This document shows, piece by piece, positions 11,150-25,955 of a stretch of 64,000 nt of DNA. The translations under genes were made by a program, and so were the position numbers. Source of the stretch: an uncultured Pelagibacteraceae bacterium (lineage in GTDB: Bacteria > Pseudomonadota > Alphaproteobacteria > Pelagibacterales > Pelagibacteraceae). How positions within the stretch are numbered: the first letter of the stretch is position 1; each line of letters starts with the position of its first letter. The stretch lies in the NCBI GenBank assembly GCA_902523495.1, contig CABYZU010000003.1, positions 1,036 through 65,035 on the forward strand, given 5' to 3'. The notes beneath the pieces were generated by a model. It was given only the letters and a program-made list of their open reading frames with translations, made no database searches and was not told the DNA's origin.

Positions 11150-11805
11150 AAAAATTATAATTTACTTATTTCTATTTTTGTTATTAGCAACAATTAATAA
11201 TAGCTCAATAATTGATTTTAGATTACCAAAAATTGATAAAATTGAAATTTCGGGACTAAGTGGGGATGACAGTGAAGAAATTAAAAAAAAAATTGAAAAT
11301 TTGAAATTTAAAAATATTTTTTTTATAAATCGATTTGAGGTTAAAAATATTTTATTCTCTGTTAACACTGTTGAACAATTAAGTATTTTTAAGAATTATC
11401 CATCTACTTTAAAGGTAGATATAAAGAAAACTAAATTTTTAGCACTCACTAAAAAAGATGGAATAGATTACCTTGTAGGAGCAAATGGAAAATTGATAAA
11501 AAAAAATAAACCCACTTATGAATTACCTTTTATTTTTGGCAATTTAGATGTGCAGGAATTTTTTAAATTGAAAAAAAATATTGATAAATCAATTTTTGAT
11601 TTTGATCAAATATCAAATTTGTATTTCTATAAGTCAAAAAGATGGGATATAGAGACTTCAAAAGGTTATTTAATAAAACTTCCAAAAAAAAAATATTAAC
11701 GAAGTTTTAAGTTTATTTGTACGTTTATCTAGGGAAGAAAAATTACAAGAAAATCGTATTATAGATTTTCGTCAAAAAGACCAAATAATACTCAATGCAG
11801 AATAA
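11130..11805 (+). CDS. ftsQ: Cell division protein FtsQ/DivIB, interrupted by a +1 frameshift in an A10 run (11684-11693), probably a sequencing error
   Basis: N-terminal TM, POTRA-like region (KNYPSTLKVDI), RWDI; the shifted frame continues NINEVLSLF...IIDFRQKDQII to a stop at 11805; follows ddl. Confidence 0.8.
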
Positions 11806-11806
11806 A

Positions 11807-12496
11807 ATGGATAACAAAGTTTTTTTGTCCATTCGTCAAAATGAATTTATAATTTCTGTAGTTGATTTGAAAAGTGAGATTATTTACACAAACGAGTCAA
11901 AGATAGATTATGAGAGAAAAGAAATCAATTATGATTTCTTAAATTTTTTTTTAAAAGAAAATATCTTTAAAATTGAAAGAAAGCTGAAAAAATTTGTCAA
12001 ATCAATTTATTTCATAATTGAGAACGATGATATTTATTCAGTAAATTTTTCAGTAAAAAATAAAATGGATAGTATTTTTTTATGCAATGATGCAGTTAAC
12101 AATCTACTATTAGAGGCAAAGAGTTGCTGCAAACAAACTCTAAAAAATGTTGATATTTTACATATGAAAATAGATCAATTTTGTATTGATAATGAATATT
12201 TTGAAGCTCTGCCAGACAAAAAAAAATGCGAAAATCTATCAATTGATCTGAGTTTTGTTTGTTTGCCAGACCATGTTTTAGACAATATAAAAAAGATATT
12301 GGGCGAGTATAGAATATCAATAGAAAAAACATTCAGTTACTCTTATTTAAATAATTTTTTAAACTTAAAAAGCAAAAACATTTATGAAATTGCCCAAAAG
12401 GTGATGACAGGTCTTAATGAAAATGAAGTGTCATTAACGAACAAAAGTTCAAAAAATAGAGGTTTTTTTGAGAAATTTTTTGATTTTTTTAGATGA
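11807..12496 (+). CDS. Reduced FtsA-like protein
   Basis: Occupies the ftsA slot after ftsQ; ILHMKIDQFCID resembles the FtsA 1C/SHS2 segment; C-terminal amphipathic helix RGFFEKFFDFFR; no DIG-type ATPase motifs; ATG 1 nt after the ftsQ stop. Confidence 0.6.
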   Translation: MDNKVFLSIRQNEFIISVVDLKSEIIYTNESKIDYERKEINYDFLNFFLKENIFKIERKLKKFVKSIYFIIENDDIYSVNFSVKNKMDSIFLCNDAVNNLLLEAKSCCKQTLKNVDILHMKIDQFCIDNEYFEALPDKKKCENLSIDLSFVCLPDHVLDNIKKILGEYRISIEKTFSYSYLNNFLNLKSKNIYEIAQKVMTGLNENEVSLTNKSSKNRGFFEKFFDFFR

Positions 12497-12559
12497 TTTG
12501 TATTTTCCCGTAATATTAGTTGTTTTTAAACTTAAGTTTTAGTGCATTAGAACCATCTC

Positions 12560-13480
12560 GTGAGTTTATTAAATCAAAAAACTATTAAAAAAGCTGTCAC
12601 ACTTAGTGGAGTAGGACTTCACAGTGGAAAGCAAGTAAGAATTTGTGTTAAGCCTTCTGCTCCTGATACAGGAATTGTATTTAAAAGAGTTGACCTACAA
12701 GGTGACAATCTAATTTATCCAAATTTTTTAAATGTCAGTAATACTGAATTGAACACAACCATTAGTAATAACTCGGGGATAAAAGTTTCGACTATAGAGC
12801 ATTTAATGGGTGCACTCTTTGGAATTGGAATTGATAATGTTTTAGTGGAAATTGATAATGAAGAAGTTCCAATTTTAGATGGATCTGCAAAGTTATTTAT
12901 TGAAAAAATATTATCTTCGGGTTTAGAGTCATCTAATAAACCAATAAAAATTATAAAGATAAATAAAAAAATAGAATTTAGAAAAGGAGAAAAATTTATC
13001 ACAATTGAGCCATCTAAGTTAAGTTTAGATATTGATTTTCAACTAAAATATAAAAACCAGATTATCGGAGATCAAAGAAATAAAGTTAATGTCTACGAGG
13101 ACGATCTTACAGAAATTTTTAATTCAAGAACTTTTTGTTTATATGAAGATATTGAGCTAATAAAAAAAAATGGATTAGCAAAGGGCGGAAGCTTAGAAAA
13201 TGCTGTAGTTGTTAAAGGTGAAGACATTCTAAATCCAGAAGGTTTGAGAAATGGTAAAGAATTTGTTAATCATAAAATACTAGATTGTATTGGCGATCTT
13301 TTTACGAGTGGATATAGAATAATCGCAAGTATTAAATGTTCACAAGGTGGTCATCACTTAACTAATAATTTATTAAAAAAAGTATTTGAAAATAAAGAAA
13401 ATTTTTCAATAATTGAAATACAAGAGAGAACACTTCCTCATACATTAATCAATAGAAGATTACTTAAATCTATCGCTTAA
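12560..13480 (+). CDS. lpxC: UDP-3-O-acyl-GlcNAc deacetylase
   Basis: GVGLHSG, TIEHLM, EVPILDGS, HKILDCIGD. Confidence 0.97.
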   Translation: MSLLNQKTIKKAVTLSGVGLHSGKQVRICVKPSAPDTGIVFKRVDLQGDNLIYPNFLNVSNTELNTTISNNSGIKVSTIEHLMGALFGIGIDNVLVEIDNEEVPILDGSAKLFIEKILSSGLESSNKPIKIIKINKKIEFRKGEKFITIEPSKLSLDIDFQLKYKNQIIGDQRNKVNVYEDDLTEIFNSRTFCLYEDIELIKKNGLAKGGSLENAVVVKGEDILNPEGLRNGKEFVNHKILDCIGDLFTSGYRIIASIKCSQGGHHLTNNLLKKVFENKENFSIIEIQERTLPHTLINRRLLKSIA

Positions 13481-13529
13481 TTAAATATTCATCTTTATAA
13501 TCTTTTTTTAAGTATGTATAATTTGATAT

Positions 13530-18073
<4,544 letters not shown>

Positions 18074-18077
<4 letters not shown>

Positions 18078-20110
18078 TTAATTCTTTTTTGGTACCTTAT
18101 CCAACCGGGACTTCTATTTTGATCATCATTTTGTTCAATATCTTGATTAAAATCAAATTCATCAAATGTTTCATTATTTTCAGCAGAAAAAGAATTTTTT
18201 TCCAAATTATCCTCTGGAAGCTCCTCGATAAATCTAGATGCCATACTATCTATCCAATCTCCCTGATAGAATCTATTCATTGAAAATGAGATGATTGCAT
18301 TTTTTTTAGCTCTAGTTATTCCTACGTAAGCTAATCTTCTTTCCTCTTCTAAGCCATTATGTCCTTTTTCTTCTATTGATTTCTGGTGTGGAAATAATCC
18401 CTCTTCCCAACCAGGTAAGAAAACAACATCAAATTCTAAGCCTTTTGCACCATGCATAGTCATCATATTGATTTTTTCACCCTCCCAATCTTGATCGATT
18501 GATGTAGCTAAGGAAACATGATCTAAAAAACTTTCTAGATTGTCAAACTCTTTCATAGCACTTAATAATTCTTTAATATTTTCTAAACGATTTTCGTTTT
18601 CAAGATCTTTTTTATTTTTTAACATTAAAGAATATCCAGATTCATCTAGAACAATCTGTAATAGTTTTACATGATTTAATTTTTTTATTTTAAGATCATT
18701 TCTCCATTTAGAAATTAAATCTAAAAACAAATTTAAACCAATCTTTGCCTTAGGTTTAATTAAATTTTCTATAATCATTCCCCTTGCTGAGTTTTCTAAA
18801 CTTAATTTATTTATCTTTGAAAACTCATGTATTATTTTGATGGTGCCTTCACCTATAGATCTTTTTGGATTATTTACAATTCTTTCAAAAGCTAAGTCGT
18901 CTTTGTCTTGGTAAATTAATCTTAAGTAAGCAACACAGTCTTTAATTTCTGCTCTTTCATAAAATTTTATTCCTCCAAGAATTCTATACGGTAAACCTAT
19001 TTTTAAAAATCTTTCTTCAAACTCTCTTGTTTGAAAAATTGCCCTTACCAAAATTGCAACATTATTCAGTGAAAATTTTTTTTTAATTTTTTCTATTTCA
19101 TCTGAGATACCTATTGCCTCATCTTTTCCATTTTTAAAACAATTTAATTTAATTAATTCACCTTCTTCCATAGTTGATTTTAATGTTTTACCAACTCTAT
19201 TTTGATTATTAGAAATTAATGAAGAAGCTACTGTCAAAATATTTTCCGTTGATCTATAATTTTGTTCAAGTCTAATTATTTTTGTGTTCTGATAAATTTT
19301 ATCGAAATCTAAAAAATTTTTTATTTCCGCGCCTCTCCAACTATAAATCGATTGATCATCATCTCCTACACAACATATATTTTTGTTTTTCTCTGCTAAT
19401 AGATTTAACCATCTACTTTGAATGTAATTTGTATCTTGATACTCATCTACAAGAATAAATTTAAAATTTTTACTATAGATTTCTCTAATATCATGTTCTT
19501 TTTCTAAAATTTTAACTGAATGAAGAATAAGATCACCAAAATCGCAGGCATTTAAATCAACTAATTTTTGTTGGTAAATTTTGTATACTGGTAAGATATT
19601 TTTTTCATATATATCTTTAGTTTTAATTTTTACCTCGTTAGGGTAAAGACCTTTATTTTTCCATTTATCAATAATTGCAATAATGTACCTTGGAGCGAGC
19701 TGTTTAACATCAATATTTTCAGCTTTACAAATGTTTTTTATAAGTCTTATTTGGTCATCAGTATCTATAATTGTGAAATTAGATTTTAAGTTTACTGCTG
19801 GGGCGTGTTTCCTTAATAATTTTGCACATATAGAGTGAAAAGTGCCTAGCCAAGAGAGACCAATCGCTGATGAACCTAAAATTTTACTTACTCTATCGTG
19901 CATTTCCTTTGCAGCTTTATTTGTAAATGTGACAGCAAGAATTTGGTTAGGAAAAGCTTTTTTGGTTTTAATAATGTGTGCAATTCTACTTGTTAAAACC
20001 TTTGTTTTTCCTGATCCTGCACCAGCAACTATCAATAACGGCCCTTCAAGTGATGATACAGCTTGTTTTTGAGCATCATTAAGGTTTTTTAGATAATCAG
20101 AGTTTACCAT
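18074..20110 (-). CDS. uvrD: UvrD/PcrA/Rep family DNA helicase
   Basis: AGAGSGKT, VDEYQD, GDDDQSIY, LEQNYRS, EEERRLAYVGITRA. Confidence 0.95.
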
Positions 20111-20142
20111 TTGAATAATTTAATTATAAGTTTCTACAATTT

Positions 20143-21723
20143 ATGTTTAGTTCAAGTTTTTATAAAAAAAAGTTTAAAAAAATAGTATTATCAATAAATA
20201 AAATTTTAGAAAGTTTTTTTACTGAGTTAAATAGATCAAAATCCCAATCTTCTAAGCAAACTTCAATTAAAAAAAAAATAGTTAACTTAGATAATCGAAT
20301 CGAAAGTTTTTTTGATAAATTCAAAAATTTTAGATTCAATCAAAACAAGAAAAAATCTTATAACATAGGTACAAAAACAGGAGCAATAATTGGTACAGTA
20401 GTATTGTTATTTTTCTCTTATTTTTTTATTCCAACTTTTTATAATAAAAGTGAAATTAAAAAGCTCTTAGTAAATCAGACTTTTAAAAAATATGATATCA
20501 ATATAAAATTTAATGAAAGAATAAAATATGGCTTATTTCCAAAACCTTTCTTTTATACAAAAAACTTACATATTATATTTGAAGATGAGGTTTTGGGAAA
20601 ATCTGGATACACAAAGTTTTATATTTCATTCAACAACTTTTTTTTGTTCAAAAAATTAAGAATTAAAGATTTAGTGTTTGAAAATACAGAATTTAATACG
20701 CATTCGAATAGTCTCTACTTTTTTTATAAAGCTTTAAAAAAACTAAACACACAAAATAAAATTGTATTTAAAAAAAATAAATTATTTTTTAGAAATAAAG
20801 ATCAAGACTTGTTGTTTTTATCAAAAATAAAAAAATTTGATTTTTTTTATGATGATACAAATCAACTTCAAAAAGCAAAATCAGAATTTGAAATTTTTAA
20901 TATTCCACTCAAATTAAGTGTGAGTAGAAACAATGACAATAAAAGAAAATTAATCGAACTTAATTCAAGAAAAATCAGATTAAATATAGAAACATCAATT
21001 GAACCTAATGATAAAGATACAAGTGGTTATTTTGATATTTTACTTTTTAACAAAAAGAATTTATTTAATTACAAAATTAAAAACAATACTTTAAATTTTT
21101 TATCTAAAAATAAAAATTTTAACGGTGTAATGAATTTTAAACCATTTTACTTTACATCAGATTTAAATTTCGATTACGTAAGTCAAAAAAAGATATTCAA
21201 TAATGAGTCTTTAATTTTAGGTCTACTTAATACAGATTTATTATATAATCCAAATTTAAATGCTGTTTTTAATATTAATATAAATAAAATAGAAAAATTT
21301 GAGTACTTCAAAAATCTTAACTTGAGAATTGTTTTAGGAGAAAAAAGAATAATAGCTAATGATTTCGATGTAAACTGGAATGAGTCCGTTTCACTTACAT
21401 CACAAGATATTGAATTCTTAAATGAGAAGAATGAAAAAAAATTAATTGGCGAAATTATATTCAAATTCAATGATGTAGAAAAATTTTTTAGATATTTCCA
21501 GATTAAAAGAAATTACAGAAATGTTTTTAACCAAATAAAGGCTGATTTTGTATATGATTTTAACGAGGATAAAATTTCTCTAAATAATATTATGGTTGAT
21601 AATAAATCTAACAAAAAAATAAATTTATTTATAGAGGAATATAATAAAAAAGAAAAAAATTTATTTAATAAAGTATCTTTTAGGAATTTTGTGAAAAATT
21701 TTTTTAAAACTTATGCTGGATAA
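20143..21723 (+). CDS. Hypothetical membrane-anchored protein, possibly AsmA-like
   Basis: 526-aa ORF with one N-terminal TM, YGLFPKP (cf. AsmA 'LxLFPxP') and a beta-rich periplasmic region. Confidence 0.5.
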   Translation: MFSSSFYKKKFKKIVLSINKILESFFTELNRSKSQSSKQTSIKKKIVNLDNRIESFFDKFKNFRFNQNKKKSYNIGTKTGAIIGTVVLLFFSYFFIPTFYNKSEIKKLLVNQTFKKYDINIKFNERIKYGLFPKPFFYTKNLHIIFEDEVLGKSGYTKFYISFNNFFLFKKLRIKDLVFENTEFNTHSNSLYFFYKALKKLNTQNKIVFKKNKLFFRNKDQDLLFLSKIKKFDFFYDDTNQLQKAKSEFEIFNIPLKLSVSRNNDNKRKLIELNSRKIRLNIETSIEPNDKDTSGYFDILLFNKKNLFNYKIKNNTLNFLSKNKNFNGVMNFKPFYFTSDLNFDYVSQKKIFNNESLILGLLNTDLLYNPNLNAVFNININKIEKFEYFKNLNLRIVLGEKRIIANDFDVNWNESVSLTSQDIEFLNEKNEKKLIGEIIFKFNDVEKFFRYFQIKRNYRNVFNQIKADFVYDFNEDKISLNNIMVDNKSNKKINLFIEEYNKKEKNLFNKVSFRNFVKNFFKTYAG

Positions 21724-23099
21724 ATCATTTTTTTTGGATCAACAATTCTGTCGTAATCTTTTTCGTTTATAAGTTTTGATTTTATTGCCTCATGTTTTAA
21801 TGTTGTTTTATTTTTAAGGGCTAACTTAGCAATCTTAGCAGAGTTATCGTATCCAATTACAGGTGCTAAAGCAGTCACAAGCATTAAAGAATTGTCTAGA
21901 TATTCTTTGATTTTTGATTTATCTGCTTTAACTCCCTTTAAACAAAAAGAAGTAAAATTTTTAATACTATCCGCTAATAAATCAATTGATTGTAAAATGT
22001 TATGAGCGATTAAAGGTTTAAATACATTTAACTCGAAATGTCCGTGTGACCCAGCCATAGTTATTCCATTGTGATTTCCAATTACTTTGACACAAACCAT
22101 AGTGACAGCCTCTGATTGTGTAGGGTTTATTTTACCAGGCATAATAGATGAGCCTGGTTCGTTTGCTGGTAGAATTAGTTCACCATAACCTGCTCTAGGT
22201 CCTGAACCTAAAAACCTTATATCGTTTGCAATTTTCATTAAACTTACAGCAGCGGTATTTAATGTTCCTGAAAAATTGACTATTTCATCATGTGCAGCTA
22301 AAGCTGCAAATTTATTTTTTGTAGGTTTAAACGGTAATTTAGTAATCTTTCTAATCTCATTAATCACTTTTTTGTCAAAATTTTGTTTAGTGTTAATTCC
22401 AGTTCCAACAGCGGTTCCTCCTTGTGCTAGCATGTAAATTTCATCCAAAGCTTTTACAATTCTTTTAATACTTTCTTCAATTTGAGATTGGTAACCAGAA
22501 AACTCTTGACCTAATGAAAGTGGAGTAGCATCTTGTAGATGTGTTCTTCCAACTTTAATAATATTCTTGAACTCTGAAACTTTTTTTTTTAGTTCTTTAT
22601 TAAGTAATTTTAAAGACGGTAGTAATTTATTATTTGTTTCAATTGCTATAGCTATATGCATTGCAGTCGGAAATACATCATTAGTGGACTGGGACTTATT
22701 TACATGATCATTAGGATGAACTGGTTTTTTTGAACCTTTTTTACCTCCTAAAATTTCTATCGCCCTATTTGCAATTACTTCATTCACATTCATGTTTGTT
22801 TGAGTTCCTGATCCTGTTTGCCACACTTTTAATGGAAAATGATTATCTAGTTTACCTGAAATAACTTCATTTGACGCAGAAATTATTGCTCTTGAAATTT
22901 TAGGTAAAATTTGTTTTTCTTTAAAATGAACTTTTGCAGCAGCTTTTTTAATAATTGCAATAGATTTAATTAATATAGGTCTTACTAAAAATTCTCCTAT
23001 ATCAAAATATTTTTTTGATCTTTGAGTTGATGCTCCCCAATATTTATCGTTTGGTACATTTATTGATCCAATACTGTCAAATTCTTTACGAAATTTCAT
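21711..23099 (-). CDS. fumC: Class II fumarate hydratase
   Basis: [31 protein letters not shown]; likely start [11 protein letters not shown] at 23099. Confidence 0.97.
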   Translation of the reverse strand: MKFRKEFDSIGSINVPNDKYWGASTQRSKKYFDIGEFLVRPILIKSIAIIKKAAAKVHFKEKQILPKISRAIISASNEVISGKLDNHFPLKVWQTGSGTQTNMNVNEVIANRAIEILGGKKGSKKPVHPNDHVNKSQSTNDVFPTAMHIAIAIETNNKLLPSLKLLNKELKKKVSEFKNIIKVGRTHLQDATPLSLGQEFSGYQSQIEESIKRIVKALDEIYMLAQGGTAVGTGINTKQNFDKKVINEIRKITKLPFKPTKNKFAALAAHDEIVNFSGTLNTAAVSLMKIANDIRFLGSGPRAGYGELILPANEPGSSIMPGKINPTQSEAVTMVCVKVIGNHNGITMAGSHGHFELNVFKPLIAHNILQSIDLLADSIKNFTSFCLKGVKADKSKIKEYLDNSLMLVTALAPVIGYDNSAKIAKLALKNKTTLKHEAIKSKLINEKDYDRIVDPKKMIYPA

Positions 23100-23151
23100 T
23101 GATAAATAATCAATATATATATAATAAAAATTCAATAATTACAGGAGCAAA

Positions 23152-23523
23152 ATGACAAATTTTGAGAAAGTTGGGGTTTTTATGAAAACTTTTGGCCAAG
23201 AGGTAAAATTGAGACCATCTTTGAGCACTGACAAAATAAATAAATTAAGATTAAATCTTATTCAAGAGGAATTGGATGAATTGAAAGAAGCGTTAGATAA
23301 AAAAGATATAGTTGAAATTGCTGATGCATTGACTGATATTCTTTATGTAACTTATGGCGCAGGACATGCGTTTGGCATAAATCTTGATAAATGTTTTGAG
23401 GAAGTTCAAAATTCTAACATGAGTAAATTAGACAAAAATGGTCAACCTATTTATAATGATGATGGTAAAGTAATGAAGGGTCCTAATTATTTTAAACCAG
23501 ACTTAAGTAAGTTTATTAAATAG
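23152..23523 (+). CDS. MazG-like nucleoside triphosphate pyrophosphohydrolase
   Basis: LIQEELDEL, DALTDILYVTYG, SNMSK, GKVMKGPNY; AGGAG RBS. Confidence 0.88.
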   Translation: MTNFEKVGVFMKTFGQEVKLRPSLSTDKINKLRLNLIQEELDELKEALDKKDIVEIADALTDILYVTYGAGHAFGINLDKCFEEVQNSNMSKLDKNGQPIYNDDGKVMKGPNYFKPDLSKFIK

Positions 23524-23528
23524 TTTGT

Positions 23529-24332
23529 ATGTTTTATTTAAAAAAATTTTATCTATTTGCTACCCCAAAAATTATAAGAAAAAAAATATCTATGATAAGA
23601 GATGTTTTGTTTAATTCTAAAGAAATATTTATTGTTAGTAAAAATTCGTATAATGAGGATGGGTTAGCTACGAATCATGTTACGGATTTTATGAAAGATG
23701 AAAAATTTATTGAATATTATTTTAAAGCAGCAGAAGGCACTAATCATAGAATTATGTTTAGAGCGTATATTCTCAATTACTTTGCTAACTATGCATTGAA
23801 ATTATTTGATAATAACCAAGGTTGTTTTGTAGAACTTGGTACCCACAAAGGTTTAATGTCAAAAGTAATTTTATTAAATAATAGTTTTGATAAAAAGGTA
23901 AATTTTTATTTATTTGATACTTTTACTGGAATACCGCTGGAAAATATTAGAGAGGATGAGATAACACATGTAAAAAAAATGAATAGAAATGTTTATAAAG
24001 AAGATGTGTTTGAATTTGTAAAAAAAAAATTTTCAGATTTTCCCTTTGTTAAAATAGTAAAAGGTACTTTACCTGATTCATTAAAAAATAAAGATATTAG
24101 TTTAGAGGATATCAAATTTTTACATATAGATTTAAATAATGCTCATGCTGAAATAGAAAGTATTAAGTTTTTATATGACAAAATTCTCAAGGGCGCCCCA
24201 GTGATTTTAGATGATTATTGTTTTTCAGAAACATATAGACCTCAAAAAAATGCTTGGGATAAGTTTGCTGATGAGAAGGGATTTAGGATATTATCACTTC
24301 CTACAGGTCAAGGATTATTCATTAAAACTTGA
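23529..24332 (+). CDS. TylF/MycF/NovP-family SAM-dependent O-methyltransferase
   Basis: GCFVELGTHKG, YLFDTFTGIP, FLHIDLN, VILDDY, LPTGQG. Confidence 0.8.
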   Translation: MFYLKKFYLFATPKIIRKKISMIRDVLFNSKEIFIVSKNSYNEDGLATNHVTDFMKDEKFIEYYFKAAEGTNHRIMFRAYILNYFANYALKLFDNNQGCFVELGTHKGLMSKVILLNNSFDKKVNFYLFDTFTGIPLENIREDEITHVKKMNRNVYKEDVFEFVKKKFSDFPFVKIVKGTLPDSLKNKDISLEDIKFLHIDLNNAHAEIESIKFLYDKILKGAPVILDDYCFSETYRPQKNAWDKFADEKGFRILSLPTGQGLFIKT

Positions 24333-24380
24333 GTTAAGATTTAAAAAAAATAATTCAATAAAACTTAAAATATAATATTA

Positions 24381-24406
24381 AGGGGCGTTCTGTTGCCAGG
24401 TGCCCC
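24381..24406. repeat. Distal att core: displaced copy of the tmRNA coding-piece 3' hairpin
   Basis: aggggcgttctgttgccaggtgcccc, identical to 25999-26024. Confidence 0.93.
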
Positions 24407-24461
24407 GAACTTTGTAGCATTATTCGTGAATAATTTGAATTGAAAACGGTGAAATTTAATT

Positions 24462-24486
24462 AAAACTGTGCCACTACTGTGCCAAA
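24462..24486. repeat. Tandem TGTGCCA pair (putative integrase arm-type sites), left end
   Basis: aaaacTGTGCCActacTGTGCCAaa; 23/25 identical to 25931-25955. Confidence 0.75.
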
Positions 24487-25908
24487 TTAATTATGCATTT
24501 CGTATCTCACACAAGGATTGCACCATCTTGGAGGTTTCTTGGTTAAAATGTTAACTACCTTCGTTTTATATATAGGATGATTAAATGGTGATGTATTTCT
24601 TTTGCACTTTATTTCAAGTTCTGTTTTATTTTGAAGAATAATAACTTTCGTTAATAATTTAGCTTTTTTTTGCTTTAAAAGTTTTTTTAATTTTTTAAGA
24701 AGAATAGGATGATTTCTAATAGTTTTTGGATTGTTCGCTTCTCTCATCCAATTTGGATCTTTTGCTTTAGCTACCAATTGTTTTGCTTGATGAGAACTTT
24801 TTGCACTTTTGATAATCTTTTTAAATTGAGGATTTCTCTTAAAAAGTTTTCTAATAGCTGTCTCTTCTTTGCATTTTTTATTAGAGCACCATTGTTCCCT
24901 ATATATAAGATGATTGTAGTTTATTGAAATAGGATGATTATATTTGCATCTAAATTTCAGTTTTTCTTTCATTCCCAAGAATGATTTCGAAATCATCTTA
25001 CCGCCATAAGATTTTGCTTTTTGGCGCATAGTTATAATGTGATTAAACTTATATGCAGTATTATAATTTATTTTGATTTGATCTATTTTAGAAATACATT
25101 TTTTAATATATTTATTTTTTGATCTTTTGAGCTTTCTAGCAATTAAATATTTTAGATCTTCTATTTTAGTTATTGTTGGGACCTCTGGTATTTTTATAAG
25201 CAATATTCCCAATTTTTTGCAAATATTTGATTTTATTTTAGAGTTCTCTAAATATTCTTTATGATGTTTTGAATTTTTATAACTCTTGTTAAAAAAAAAT
25301 TTTAGATGTCCAAAATTTTGATGACCTTGATGTTCAAAAGCCAGTTTTAACTTTAGATTATAACCATCTAATTCTAAATTATTCCCTTTTTTTGATTTAA
25401 GCCAATCTGGACGCTCTTTTTCGAATTTATTTTTAAATATAGTTTCAAAGGCTATTCTAGTTAATCTTTCGCCTAAACCAGAAGAACATTCTCCACACCA
25501 CGTACCATTCGCTATAGAATAAAACGAAGTTCGCCATTCGTGCCCAAATTTGCATCTCCAGGTAGCTATATCGTGTGCTACATTATATTTTTTTGAAATT
25601 AACTTTCCACCATAAGATTTTGCAATTTTTTGATATTTTGAAATATCATCTCTTAAATTGTTAGCAAAACAATCCCCACATATATATTTTCTTTTTTTAT
25701 TAAAATTTGTGACCAAGTTCGCGATAATTCGTGGCTTAATATGATTATTCTTACATTTTATTTTAATTTTTTTTAGAGATGTACCTGGGTATTTTTTTGT
25801 TATTGAAGTAGCTTTATAAAACTTAAGAATTAATTTAATTGTATTAAAATATTCTTCACCTTTAAGCTTTTTTTTTAATCTTTGTTTAATTGTTCTGCCT
25901 AAGCTCAT
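24487..25908 (-). CDS. Zinc-ribbon repeat protein with a central Vsr/DUF559-like PD-(D/E)xK-type nuclease domain
   Basis: Four C..H...CxxC-type modules (two begin AKSYGGK.IS) around SxGE...RPDWL...LELDGYN...LAFEHQG; highly basic. Confidence 0.7.
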   Translation of the reverse strand: MSLGRTIKQRLKKKLKGEEYFNTIKLILKFYKATSITKKYPGTSLKKIKIKCKNNHIKPRIIANLVTNFNKKRKYICGDCFANNLRDDISKYQKIAKSYGGKLISKKYNVAHDIATWRCKFGHEWRTSFYSIANGTWCGECSSGLGERLTRIAFETIFKNKFEKERPDWLKSKKGNNLELDGYNLKLKLAFEHQGHQNFGHLKFFFNKSYKNSKHHKEYLENSKIKSNICKKLGILLIKIPEVPTITKIEDLKYLIARKLKRSKNKYIKKCISKIDQIKINYNTAYKFNHIITMRQKAKSYGGKMISKSFLGMKEKLKFRCKYNHPISINYNHLIYREQWCSNKKCKEETAIRKLFKRNPQFKKIIKSAKSSHQAKQLVAKAKDPNWMREANNPKTIRNHPILLKKLKKLLKQKKAKLLTKVIILQNKTELEIKCKRNTSPFNHPIYKTKVVNILTKKPPRWCNPCVRYEMHN

Positions 25909-25930
25909 TTTTTTATCTTATATTAGATAA

Positions 25931-25955
25931 AAAATTGTGCCACTAGTGTGCCAAA
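25931..25955. repeat. Tandem TGTGCCA pair (putative integrase arm-type sites), right end
   Basis: aaaatTGTGCCActagTGTGCCAaa. Confidence 0.75.

Noticed and set aside
20190-20330. Short internal repeat in the AsmA-like ORF (INKILESFF / DNRIESFF)
   Set aside because: Low-complexity AT-rich sequence with no evidence of function.
23100-23135. 12-aa extension of fumC
   Set aside because: AT-rich divergent promoter region; homology begins at MKFRKEFDS.
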